NCBI RefSeq assembly: GCF_037042905.1 | Contig: NC_087250.1 | Location: 24,740,001 to 24,804,000 of the forward strand | DNA from: Lytechinus pictus | Taxonomy: Eukaryota | Direction of reading: 5' to 3' | DNA length: 64,000 nt | Shown here: piece by piece, positions 51,201 through 62,338 of the stretch | How the letters are laid out: every line of letters starts with the position of its first letter | How positions within the stretch are numbered: the first letter of the stretch is position 1 | Program-made: the position numbers and the translations under genes | Notes under the pieces: model-generated | What the model was told of the DNA's origin: nothing | What the model saw: only the letters and a program-made list of their open reading frames with translations | Database searches by the model: none

Positions 51201-54200
51201 TGTATAAAAAGCAATGACTATTACCATTGCTGCCGTTGAAAAGATTAATTTTATGACTCTGTTTTTAAAAGAAGATTACATTTTATAGTATGACATTCTC
51301 CCTCCTTCTTCACCGAGAAAAACAAAAACTATGCCCAATTTCAAGCCATTCAAATTTCATGACAGTTAAGAATACCCGACAGTTAGTGGATTTAGCACGA
51401 AATTCTGATCACGTGTAAGAAACTTGCAGGACACGATGCTCATGATAACGATAGTAATGTATAAGGAGTAAAAACTGTCATGCTTGATCGTTATTTGGTG
51501 TTATTATACGAGAGCTTAAAATGCGTGGTCGAAATAAATAGAAGTAGGAAAGTGTTGGAAGACTGACTGGAATGAGTGAGAATACTGACTTTACTGAGAT
51601 ATAATTGGTACTTGCCTTTCATATTTTTATCTGTGTTTAAAATCTTAACCTTATCCATACCTGAAAAAGATATATGTCCAGTTGTTGAATCTAATGATTG
51701 CATTAGTAAGATGAGCTTGTTCTTTGCTTCAGGAACAGTCGGTTGCCTCTCTCTCCATATAACAAGCATGTCGTAGGTAGCCTGCTGTCTGTCTTTAATT
51801 CTTCTGTACTCGATGCGATCTAACTCAGCAATGGTAAAACCAAGAGCTACGCCCAAATCATAGAACTGGTTGACGGTCATTGTCTGGGCTATTGTAAGGA
51901 CATCGGCGTCTGTTAGGAAGTCACTGTGCTTGGCTTCTTCCACTGCCCTGTAAAATGTTAAGTGAATGTAACAGACCGAGCGAACGCCAAGTGCCTAAAC
52001 CGAATTCAGCAGTATTCTTCACGTCGTTACCCCCCCCCCCCCCCCATCAAATGCTGATTAAAACATTCATATCCATCAAAGGCTTCATTTATTAGAATAT
52101 AATAGGAACAGGTTTTGGTCATAGCTTTTGGTGCACCACCATACGTGTGATCTGCGGCGAATTTGATAGAGAATTCCAGCGTAACAAGCACGGGTCAACA
52201 CTATCTTTTGATTAAACACAAGCAGTGTGGGACGTCATGGTCTAGCGGTTATGTCCTCGGCTTTCTACTCCGGGACGCGGGTTCGACTTACGAATCACAG
52301 ATATTTGTTCGGAGTTGATTGCACGTTGTGATGTGCATGCGTGTAAAGGCCCCCTCACACCTAGCCGAATTGCCTGAAATAAGCCTTGCGATGGCTGGCA
52401 AAAGGCTTTTTTTTTATTCGTTTTCATTGGTAACTGATAGTAAATCGTATTTACCCTTTGCGTTTGGGTTCGTACACCTTCTGAACTAATTGCTGCAATT
52501 ATTCAAATTCGCGCGGAAATTTTGAACATGTTTAAAATTTCCCGACGAATTGAAAAATCGTTGGTCATCTGTTTGAATTCGCATCTCTTATTTAGTCTGC
52601 GGTAATCGTTCGTGGTTTATTGTCGCGCATAGTCCCTCATCGCGCTTTTGCCAAAGTGGACCGATCTCGAAAGATCCATTAACGAAGCAACACGATGACA
52701 AAAACGAACAAGAACGCCCGATCTATTCCTTCGTCTTCGTTTCTAATCGCACGCCATATCAAACCATTGCTCACTGTTCGTTTGTCTTATTAGGTTAAAT
52801 CAACACTTCATTTGCCTTCGGCTGCAATTTACTCAAAGAGGTGAACCGAAAAATCGATACCGTTCGCATGTTATATTTATCCATTCGTTGAAAAAAATTG
52901 ACAATAGTTACTGATCGCATGATTTGACGAAAATTTTATTTGAATTCGTTGAATTTGCGTACATTTTTCCATTCTTCACCCTTAGTCCGCCTACATTCGG
53001 TCAGGTGTGAGGGGGCTTTTTAGCAAGACACCAACGAAAAGCTGATTACCTCTCCTTTTCCCGTTTCACTGCAAGATCACCCTCCCTCTCTCTATAAGAT
53101 TATTTAAACATTTTATGATCAAAGTTAAGTAATATATCAAATTATGTCGTTCCCTTGGCATAATTATATTGATTCATACTACCTACCTGACGAAGGACGT
53201 GGCCTCGTAAAATAATTCGTGTGTCCGTCCTTCTGGCATGTCTGGGTATAAAAACACATCAAACGTTATGTTTGAATTTATATGATCTTGATATACCTGT
53301 GACATTTCGCCTTATCATTCACTGACAATAAAGGCATTCAGCCTTATCGATTATTTTCATTCAAGAAACAAAAATGTCAGATTTTCCTTTATAATGGGCA
53401 GCAAAATTACTTATATGATCGAAAACCTATACATATTCCATGTGCCTTTTCATATCATTTTCTATAAAAATTGGAAAGTTAGCTTCTCCTACTATCTTTT
53501 TGATGAAATTGATTACATAACAATAAACGATGGTACAAAAATACCTGTGTATCTGATGACGAAAACAATGGATTGTGACACTTCGAGATTTCCGGCCTGT
53601 GTAATTGTGATGGTAATTCTTGTAAAGTCTTCATCATCCCCTTGAGGAGAAATGGCAAACATTACATTCTGACTCATCTTGGTTCGAATGTCCTTGGAAC
53701 GAAGGATCTGTATAAAAAATATATATATATATATATATATATATTCAGTTGAAGTAATAAATATTTGTTTCGAATGACTTGCGAGGTGCTGGTTCAACAT
53801 CCGTTTTGCAAGCTTGAAATTGTTAAAATTACACGATTCCATATTAAGTTGTCACTACGCGATGGTTTTACATTTCATGCTGCAAATGCCTGATTAATGC
53901 TGATTATTAAAAATAAACATGTTTTCAAAACGGGCCATTGCCAAAGAACGAAGCTATGGAAAATGATCAGAACACAATAGAAAGCTAATCTACTAACGAA
54001 TCACACGTGTTTCCTTTAATGCAGTCACATTGTAACCAAGAAATGTGTGTGCATGCAAGAAGCGCGTGGTATTTCAATGGTAAAAGGTAGAAAATTTGCA
54101 TAATTTATCATCAAGTCGAATTGTACTCTTCATCTTTTACACATTAGGTCCTCATTGGTAGCCAATTTTATACCCTTAGACTACGATTCATGTACCACGA

Positions 54201-55214
54201 TGCGACATGCTTTTACCATTGATGCATCATTCACTTACTATTCATTTACCATTGGTATGCAAATGAGGTCTACCATTTGTCCGTAAAATGCAAATAAGAA
54301 TGAATGGTGCTTCTCAATGGTGAATGATTGGGACCCAATGGAATATGGTGTATGGTATATCAATGGTATTGTGAATGGTGTTCCAATGGTGCTCCCGAAT
54401 GGTTTTCCAATGGTATGCTATTGATTTTTTTTAACCCAAATATTTGACTAACTTACCAACTTTTCTACATAAGTTTTTTTTTAATATGGACATCCCACTT
54501 CAGTTTATTGTCAATTATAAATCTGCGATATTTAACATCAGAAGACCGTTGTATTGCAATATCATTAATATTTAACTTTAAAAAAATAAATTTTACTTAA
54601 CATATGTCTCGAGCCTAGGATTAAAGATATGGTTTTTATCAAAATTTAACGTCAATTTATTATTGCATATCCATTTATGAATAAACGACTACATAATTTA
54701 GCTAATTTTTAATACTTTTAACATCAAAATCAGAAAAATAAATAATAGTCTCGTCCCTATAGAGTTAAGCAGAAGAAAAATGTAGGGATAGACATATAAA
54801 GTTATATCATTAATACATATGATAAATAGCAAAGATCCCAGAATAGAACCTTGTGGGACTGCCCCAGTATATTTCCCCTGATCAGCAGCGTGCATCCACT
54901 GATCTGTAATTCTAACTAAAAAGTAAAGGTGGAGTGTTTACTCCTAAACCAAAACTGAACTTCAGATAAGAGTTTATTATTTTCAAAAAATAAAATTTGA
55001 TTAATATATATATATATATATATATAGGTAAGTAAGTAGTGATAATACTGCAATATCTAATAGTGCTCGACTGTGTAGGAGCTGAGTATAAATAATTTAT
55101 TGGTTGGATTGCTTAACTAAGCTAGTCGTACAGACTGTTTCATCCTAAGGGTCATCAGCGATGAGCCTTAGGGTGAAACAGTCTGTACGACTAGCTTAGT
55201 TAAGCAATCCAACC

Positions 55215-55270
<56 letters not shown>

Positions 55271-55285
55271 TATATACTGTATATA

Positions 55286-55319
<34 letters not shown>

Positions 55320-58300
55320 AAGGATGTGTCTTTGAGGTAATTGTGTAATACTGTCAGATAAGCTGGATTAACTTTATTTTCTGCCCCTTTCACTCCCTTC
55401 TTACTTACGTCCTGTAAGTTCTAAAGTAGTTCCTGTAACTTAAACATGGGTTATGTTTATTTTTTGCTGTAACATAATTACAGAACATAATAGCGGTGAT
55501 GAAGAATTCTTGATCTGTTAATGATACCTTTCTTTCAATTTGTTCCTCCTCATGATAGCAAGTCAATGTGACGTCATTAAAATTCGCTTCAACGCTGAAT
55601 GGAACAGAGCGATGCCCTTTACGGAATAACTGCTGCATATTCTCCTCTTGTATGTCCTGTTGAACGGGGATTATAATTGCTTTACATGTATCTTTATCAT
55701 AATGTCAATGACTACATGTAGTAGGAATTTAGGGTCGCTTGTACATCAGGTATAGAAAATAATACAAAAAATAGAAAATAAAAATTATATGAAAAAAACA
55801 GAATACAGCAAATTTTGTTGTTGTTTTCTAATTCACGAATATCAACCCAGTCGAAGTCCTCGTTCACAAAAAAAGATCTTCTCTCTGAAATACGAGTAAA
55901 GTCCAGGAACTTTGGTGATAGAGCTTTTTGTAGAATAGCATCAAATTATGGAATAACTGACATCATTATATAGATCAATAAACAGATTCAAATCTCTTTA
56001 TAAAACGTACCTTTTTTTAAACCCTAATAATGTATAAATAGGGGGTTCATTCAGCCTCCCCCCCCCCCTCGACATTTTTTTACGATAAATCCGCCGCGCA
56101 AAAGTTTTTGACTGCGTCGCTAGCAGCTTTTTTTTTTCAAAGTCTCGCGCAACTTTTGAGACCAAATTTCCGACCCCCGGGTTGGGGGGGGGGTCCGTAT
56201 TTATGCAACAGTTCGTTGTGCATGTAGACCCAAAATTGCTCGAAAACGTGAATTTGTGTACAAATTCAATGCAAATAGTGTTTTTAGCCAAAATTCATGA
56301 TTTTATCATAATTGTTTTTATCTTGCTGATTAAAATCAATTAATTTAATCCTGCCTATGGTCAAAATAAAGTCCCCGAAAATTTACATTAAAAAAAACAA
56401 TAATAGACAAAAAGTCTAAAAATAAAGAAATACATACGAATTTTAGAGAACAATAAAATACATAAAGTAAATTGAATGTGTCTTTAATGCATTTAATCAG
56501 ATTCCTATAAAGAGTATGTGAACTAAAAATTAGCAAAATTAGGGGCATTATGTAGTTAGTTAGCAAACGTTTGATTTTACGCATAAATTAGCATAATTGA
56601 TTAGCAATGAGATTTTTTGCAGAATTTGATTTAATAGTTTTGTAGTTTATGCCATGGGTAATGCGCGAACCAATTTTCGTTGCGATTGCGCGATCGACGA
56701 CTGTCTTCTTAGGCGTCGAAATAGCCCAGTCTTTTAGGGATTAAGAAGCACATGTACTAGCCCTATACAAAATAATAATTCTTCCACACGCATATAGACT
56801 AAATGGTATTATGAATCCCTAAGACGTGCTTATTATTATTACTTTTCATTCATACCTTGTTTGGTGATGTAAATAATAGTATACAATACCGATAATATAT
56901 AGAGCTTACTGACCATTTCAATCCCAGGAATGTCGGCATGCACATGAAGGCTAACCTCAAACTCTTGCCCCCTCTGTATATAGTCTGGGATGTATGGAGT
57001 GCATAGAAGCCGGTGTCGGATCACATGTTGTTTAAGAGGAATCAGAACCCACCAATCAGCACAGTGACCAATGTACAGCTCAAGATGACTCTTATAAACT
57101 TCGGAGTACGGTGGTTGGTCCGGTGAACTGGATGACCTCATTCTGACAGTTTTGGGTAGGTCTTATTTTAAAAAAGAAATAAATTAAATATAGATTTGGG
57201 AGTATCATGTAAGTAAAGACTGACGACATTGTGACTGGTGTTGCTACTCTTTCCTTCAACACAATTCGTGTTGTGAACACATTGGCGGCGGAGCAGATGA
57301 TTATCTTTTGTGTTTGGGGGGACGCAACAATTGATATCAATTTTTGCGTCCCCCCAAACACAAATGATAATCATCTGCTCCGCCGCCAATGTGTTCACAA
57401 CATTATAATTTACCCCGCACTACCAACACTGATATCATCAACATAACCACAACTGCATAATATGATAAGCAAAATGAACTATTTCTTACAGGCTAGCAAT
57501 GAAGTCGTTTCTGGATGCCCTGACTAGCACATTAATGGTGTGGAGCTCATCCGGCATCTTGCAACAAAATTTATCAAATTTATTTTATTTCAGCCCAGTT
57601 GAAACTGTAGTGAAGTATATTGGTGACATAAATTGAGGAAACAGAATTGAAAACGATGAAGAAATGACATAGAAGAAGCATTTTCTGTGATTTAAGAATA
57701 AATATCGTATAAATTAGCATAAATAATTTTTTAGTCAAAATTTCTAAATTATGTGTAGAACCTTGTTGAGCTCTCAGATCGAACAACAAAGATCAAAATC
57801 ATTCAACAAAAAATAAGCATTTTATGTTAGTTTTGAAAAATATGCATAAATAAGCATATTTCACGAGTTTCAAAATTCTGTGTAAAAAAGCTACTCAAAA
57901 GTTTTAAAATTATTTGTAAAAGTTTTGTGAAACTCATGAAGCTCTAGATCTACCAGATGGAAGGAAAAAAAATCAAAATCGGTCAACAGATAAAGTAGGA
58001 GAAGCGTTTTATGTGAATATTTAAAAATATGCATGAATTTTATCAACTTTTTCAAAAATCTTAGAAAAACTTGTGTATAGTCGTTTATTTTCCTTCTTGT
58101 CAAAAAGAGATATACTGTACCATAAACAATACGGGTTTAGACAGAACTACAGTACTTACATGGCTCTTTTAGATTTTACTAATATTGTTGCTAAATCATT
58201 TGAAAATAAAAGAGTTGTTTTAGGTATATTTTTAGATTTAACCAGGGCATTCGATTGCATAAGTCATGAAATACTTTTACAAAAATTGCAATTTTATGGG

Positions 58301-60627
58301 ATTAGGGGTACAGTACTTCAATGGTTTTCTAGTTACTTGAACAAAAGAACTCAGTATGTTTGTGTAAATAATGTATCTTCTGAAATCACACATAATACCT
58401 ATGGTGTCCCTCAGGGATCAGTATTGGGTCCCTTATTATTTTTGCTGTTCATAAACGACATTCAATATGTAAGTAGTATATTACAATCAATAATTTTTGC
58501 GGATGATACAAGTTTATTTCTATCTGGTGAAAATATTGATACATTGTGTTTTACTTTTAATACAGAACTTAAAAAATTTGATACTTGGTTTAAAGCAAAT
58601 AAATTAAAATAAAATGCAGAAAAAACTTCCTGTATGTTATTTCAGCCAAAAAATAAAAATATCGATACTTCTTGTATAAAAATATATATCAACTAACAAA
58701 TTATATCGATTGTAAATTCTACAAATTTTTTTAGGAGTTAAAATTGACAATAAATTGACATGGAAAGAGCATGTATCTTATGTATCATGTCAAATATCTA
58801 AAGCTATTGGTGCAATGAATAGAATAAAGAAAATTGTTCCTTTTTATATCCTTCTTAAATTGTATAATAGCATGATCTTGCCATATCTTAACTACTGTAA
58901 TATAGTATGGGGTGGCTGTGCAAAGACCTATCTTAATAGAATTTTCATTCTTCAAAAACGAGCAATACGAATTATGTTTAATTTACATCCTTACTCACAC
59001 ACTGCTCCTGTCTTTAAAAAATTCAGTATATTAACAATTTTTGATATACATAAACAACAGATTGGCATATTTATGTTTTCGTACTCCAAAAATATACTTC
59101 CGAAGTTTTTAGAAAATTGTTTTGTATATAATAAAAATGTATGTAAATATGCGACTCGTCAATCAAATCTTTTCTATCTACCAGCGCTAAATTATAATTT
59201 CTCAAGAACTACCATTTCTTATGCAGGTCCTAAGTTTTGGAACAAATTACCACAAGAAATCAAAATATGCCCAACTTTGAATATGTTTAAAAGAAAACTA
59301 AAAAATACCTAGTTGAAAATGAATCCTAGAATAAAGTTAACAAAATCTTGCCTGGGGGGGGGGGGTCCAGGATGTCTGGTTGTCTTTTGTTATTTCATTT
59401 ACACTTATATTTTTGAATTCCATGTGTGTCTATTTCTTTTTCTATTGTTTTGTGTTATACTTTGTATATATTGAAGAAACATTTTATGTAAATTTTTATT
59501 ATCTTTGGGAATAACCCTGATAGGCCTTTGGCCTTTGTCAATTCCCACCACATTATGATTCTGAACTGAATATGTTTCTTTTTAATGTTTTTTTTTTAAT
59601 TGTATATATCTATTTGCATATGAATTTGTACTTGTGTTTTTAATCAGATGTGGAAATAAAATTGAATTGAATTAATTTCGCATACATTAGTATAACATTT
59701 TTTCTAGTTAAAATGTCAACATTCTTTGTATAATTTTGGTGAACCTCACGAAGCTATACCAGATGGAAGGGAAAAAAACAAAACCGATTAACAAATAAAG
59801 AAGCATTTTTTTTGGGGGGGGGGTGTTGGTGAATTTTGAAAAAGGCGCATAAGATAACATATTAAATGAGTTTCAAAATTCTGTGTAGAAGTTTTGAATC
59901 CCCCACCCAGTGCTATCAAAGCAAACGGAATTTAAATCGGACTTGAAATGACGAAGAAGAAGCATTTTGAAATGGTGGACAGACGACGGACGCCATGGCA
60001 CGGCGTAAGCCCATCTGGCCCTTCGGGCCGGACGAGCTAAAAACCAGTCGATATAACTTGATAGAGACCAAGCATGCTCAGGGCAACGTGTCACCATCAT
60101 TATCATCTGACAGGCTGTCTTCATCATCGGCTGTCATTTTTTTTTATTATGATTCACTAACAAACAGAGGCCTGTGCAGTGGTAGACAGTATGGTAATTT
60201 TAGAGAGTCAGAACTTATCAGTGGTTACAAGATTAATGAATCGGTCCCATGAAGACACCCCAGTATCCTACATTTATTAACTTACCACTCACAGAATCCC
60301 ATACGCGGTACACGATGTCTGGTTTCACCTGCTGTGGATTGATGACAAAGATAGAGTGTGGTATAGTTATTTTAACAGGTTGGTTGAAGATCACGGTTGG
60401 AGGGTCACACCTGATCCCACAGCAGGCCATTGATTCACTTACTGGGATGTCAACACCAGGATTGTCTCTTATGATGGCCAGTGTGATCTGACAAGAGTCA
60501 TCATGTGGAACTGCTCCAGGAGGAATGTACATCGATATCCCATGGTCTTGTAGTTTGATTTCCTGACTGGTATTACTTTTTACTTCTGCAGAAACCTCGG
60601 GAGAGGTGAATGGCCTATTAGTGAGTT
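35919..60627 (-). CDS. Multi-exon ZU5-UPA-death-domain protein (UNC5/PIDD/ankyrin-type supramodule, duplicated); >=1145 aa, 5' end unresolved
   Basis: 17 GT-AG exons splice into one open frame (3437 nt, all phases consistent): 60286-60627, 56914-57161, 55528-55656, 53545-53707, 53187-53241, 51661-51947, 50601-50616, 50003-50262, 48905-49120, 48299-48592, 47607-47858, 46839-47183, 45941-46155, 45545-45679, 44733-44886, 43449-43476, 35919-36216. Confidence 0.8.
37492..38101. mobile_element. Kolobok-like MITE inserted in the LINE
   Basis: TTAA|AGGTCAAGTCCACCCCA ... TGGGGTGGACCTGTCCT|TTAA. Confidence 0.75.
38794..39822. mobile_element. Second TU/Foldback-type element, 15-bp unit GGCAGAGGTAAAAAT
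   Basis: Inverted repeat arms ~38800-38930 and ~39570-39815. GG...CC ends. ACTTAATA duplicated. Removing it restores the LINE frame MPLNKAPGNDG. Confidence 0.85.
42600..42870. repeat. (ATT)n/(TAG)n/(TTC)n microsatellite cluster
   Basis: Direct inspection. Confidence 0.7.
44402..44629. mobile_element. Palindromic MITE
   Basis: CTAAATTCCAAGGATTTAAAATAAATCCAGATCGGCT and AGCCGATCTGGATTTATTTTAAATTCTTGGAATTTAG arms. Confidence 0.65.
44733..46155 (-). CDS. Exons 45941-46155, 45545-45679, 44733-44886: end of ZU5 and UPA-like domain, module 2
   Basis: In frame across canonical splice sites (GTFGYRT..., DVSKRHE..., VPVHCLL...); phases match module 1. Confidence 0.7.
46839..47183 (-). CDS. Exon, ZU5 domain 2
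   Basis: GMIGHDGGELKL..IRISIPPGAIPKG..ITPIIQC..LLKPASISLPYC, a ZU5 signature. Confidence 0.85.
47607..49120 (-). CDS. Exons 48905-49120 (acidic/His-rich linker), 48299-48592 and 47607-47858 (death-like domains 3 and 4)
   Basis: AWELGKALRV..QLLNRW and LCMLQTWVKQGG..LLEIA; phase-1 junctions consistent. Confidence 0.72.
49394..49790. pseudogene. L2/CR1-type LINE 3' fragment with internal inversion
   Basis: 49394-49670 matches 27453-27650 on the same strand; 49728-49790 matches the tail at 16861-16912 in reverse orientation. Confidence 0.6.
50003..50262 (-). CDS. Exon, death domain 2
   Basis: IPDTTLLAIARHISAEKFFDIGEKLGFDKSELQHIEYR..QMLSSWK. Confidence 0.8.
51661..51947 (-). CDS. Exon, death domain 1
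   Basis: LTDADVLTIAQ..FYDLGVALGFTIAELDRIE..YDMLVIWRE. Confidence 0.85.
52347..53018. mobile_element. Harbinger-like non-autonomous element interrupting a tRNA-SINE head (52229-52345)
   Basis: TIR AGGCCCCCTCACACCT..CCGAAT and ATTCGG..AGGTGTGAGGGGGCT; SINE A/B boxes lie upstream. Confidence 0.6.
53187..57161 (-). CDS. Exons 56914-57161, 55528-55656, 53545-53707, 53187-53241: end of ZU5 and UPA-like domain, module 1
   Basis: Consecutive in-frame splicing DLPKTVRMRSS.., DIQEENMQQ.., ILRSKDIR.., DMPEGRT.. Confidence 0.72.
54600..54880 (-). pseudogene. CR1-type LINE RT fragment
   Basis: GAVPQGSILGSLLFIICINDI. Confidence 0.6.
55030..55224 (-). mobile_element. Penelope-like pLTR remnant forming a 133-bp palindrome with a hammerhead-like core
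   Basis: Inverted arms 55092-55224. Minus strand reads CTGATGA-N10-GAAA-CAGTCTGTA, then AATAAA. Flanked by (TA)n. Confidence 0.5.
56021..56740. mobile_element. piggyBac-like MITE
   Basis: TTAA|ACCCTAA ... TTAGGGA|TTAA. Confidence 0.5.
57269..57402. repeat. 134-bp near-perfect palindrome (MITE)
   Basis: TGTTGTGAACACATTGGCGGCGGAGCAGATG ... CATCTGCTCCGCCGCCAATGTGTTCACAACA. Confidence 0.85.
57515..60043 (-). mobile_element. Helentron/HINE-like non-autonomous element carrying a CR1 insertion
   Basis: Minus-strand start TTTTTAGCTCGTCCGGCCCGAAGGGCC hairpin followed by CGTC repeats. Subterminal inverted repeat AGCTCATCCGGC at ~57545. Confidence 0.5.
58073..59673 (+). pseudogene. 5'-truncated CR1-type LINE (RT and 3' UTR)
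   Basis: HKQYGFR, FLDLTRAFD, GVPQGSVLGPLLF, FADDT; stops and frameshift at ~58612-58750; (ATTGA)n tail. Confidence 0.88.
60286..60627 (-). CDS. Exon, ZU5 domain 1
   Basis: LQDHGISMYIPPGAVP..CDPPTVIFNQPVKITIPH; GTAAG donor. An alternative acceptor near 60586 is possible. Confidence 0.82.
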
Positions 60628-62338
60628 CTGAAGATACAGGAAGTGAGCAATTAGACCAATGGTGCATACATTCCCAACGAAATACATGCATTAATGTGTT
60701 TTGAATGAATTAGAGCTCCAGAAGAGTTACATTTTAAATTAAATCCGTTTGCAGAGTTAATCTTCATCTTAAGAGAACATTCACCATTAGACTTACTCAT
60801 GTATTTGTCATTATCAAGTCCTCAAGTTTTTATCATCTTTAATAAATGTATATATAAACTATATATCCTTTATTACCTCGTCTTCATTTAAAATAATGCT
60901 GGTTGAAAGAAAAGAGCAACTAGATCCAATGCTAAAAGGGTGGAGAACCCGTTTTTCAACCAGCGAGATATCTACTAACTGTTGAACGGCACAAGGACAA
61001 TCATGCCACATGACAAGAGAAGGAGAGTTCCTCTCTGTATGCAATCGATTTAACTAATTAACTAACTGTACTTATTAACTACCTCCTCGACATCGAACTT
61101 GTCTCCTGAACTGCCATTGCGATGGACTGACACAACGAAAGTAACAGCATATACCTAGCTGTAGGCATGGTAGGCCTCCCTCAAATATGATGATTACGAC
61201 AGTGACAATGAAAGGAGATATGGAATTAGACCAAGAAGACAGACAGAAGATGTGCCGTCCAGACGGAAGAAACAGATGGACGAATTAACAACGATCGCGA
61301 AACGACACCACCAACAACAGAGACAACACCTGGGGAGTGTTTCATAAAAGGACTTATCGGACAATTTATCCTACAAGTCCTGTTATATCCGACAGTTAGC
61401 ATAGTAGCAGTGCTTCTAAGCCAATCAAAATAAAGAAGAGTTTTCAGATCTGACAACTTGTCAGACAGAAATATTGATGAAATGCTCTCCAAATGACACA
61501 TTGTACTCCGACAAAGGTAACGACGATGACGATAAATAGACTGATATGAACATGGAGTTGACAGAGAAACTGCAACCAACTATTATGACTTCCATGAACT
61601 TAACCATGTTAATGCCAGGATTAAACAGAAGGAATACTGTCAGACTGTGTTCAGACAGAGGAATATTTATGTTTCAATTTCTTTGATGTTTCATGCCTGT
61701 TTAATATTCCTTTTGCTTTAAATTTACTTCTGATATTTGGATGGCTCTGGGAAGTCACACTGCTTTATGTATTCTTTTGTGAAAGTGCGTGTATGATAGA
61801 ACACAAAAAAATTATGGTACAATTACAATTTCACTTATTTTAGATATTACAGGTTGTATGAATTGATAATTTTACCAAGAATCTTTTTTGTTAGCATAAT
61901 AGTGTAAGAATGTAAAACTGATAACTGATCCTCTGTATATCCATATGAATTAATTATGTTTTAAGTCTCATAGTTCATTCACAACTGGTTTTAGTATTGC
62001 TGATATTTCCTCTCATATATGTAAGTGTAATAGTTAATGCGAAATTATCAAAAATGTTCAAAAAGAATATAAATAAAAAATTTCGAAGGGTTGACAAGTC
62101 AAATAAGCATGAACTGCATTGATAAAAATGATAACATGCAAGAGTTGATCATCTGATATGATTCATGTTTCATTTGAATCGATAATTTAGGAAAAGATAC
62201 ATTATGGTATCATCAAAGTAGATATTACAAAAGATTAACTTAGGTATTTCAGTCGAATATATAATGTCAAATGATTACAATAAAAAGTTGATAAGAGTAC
62301 ACCTATGTAATAGTAGGACCAATGGTTACTGGTGGCAG

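Noticed and set aside
61083..61579. Candidate upstream exons of the ZU5-DD gene
   Set aside because: Splice sites exist, but the ATG frame is out of phase with exon 60286-60627; the 5' end is left unresolved.
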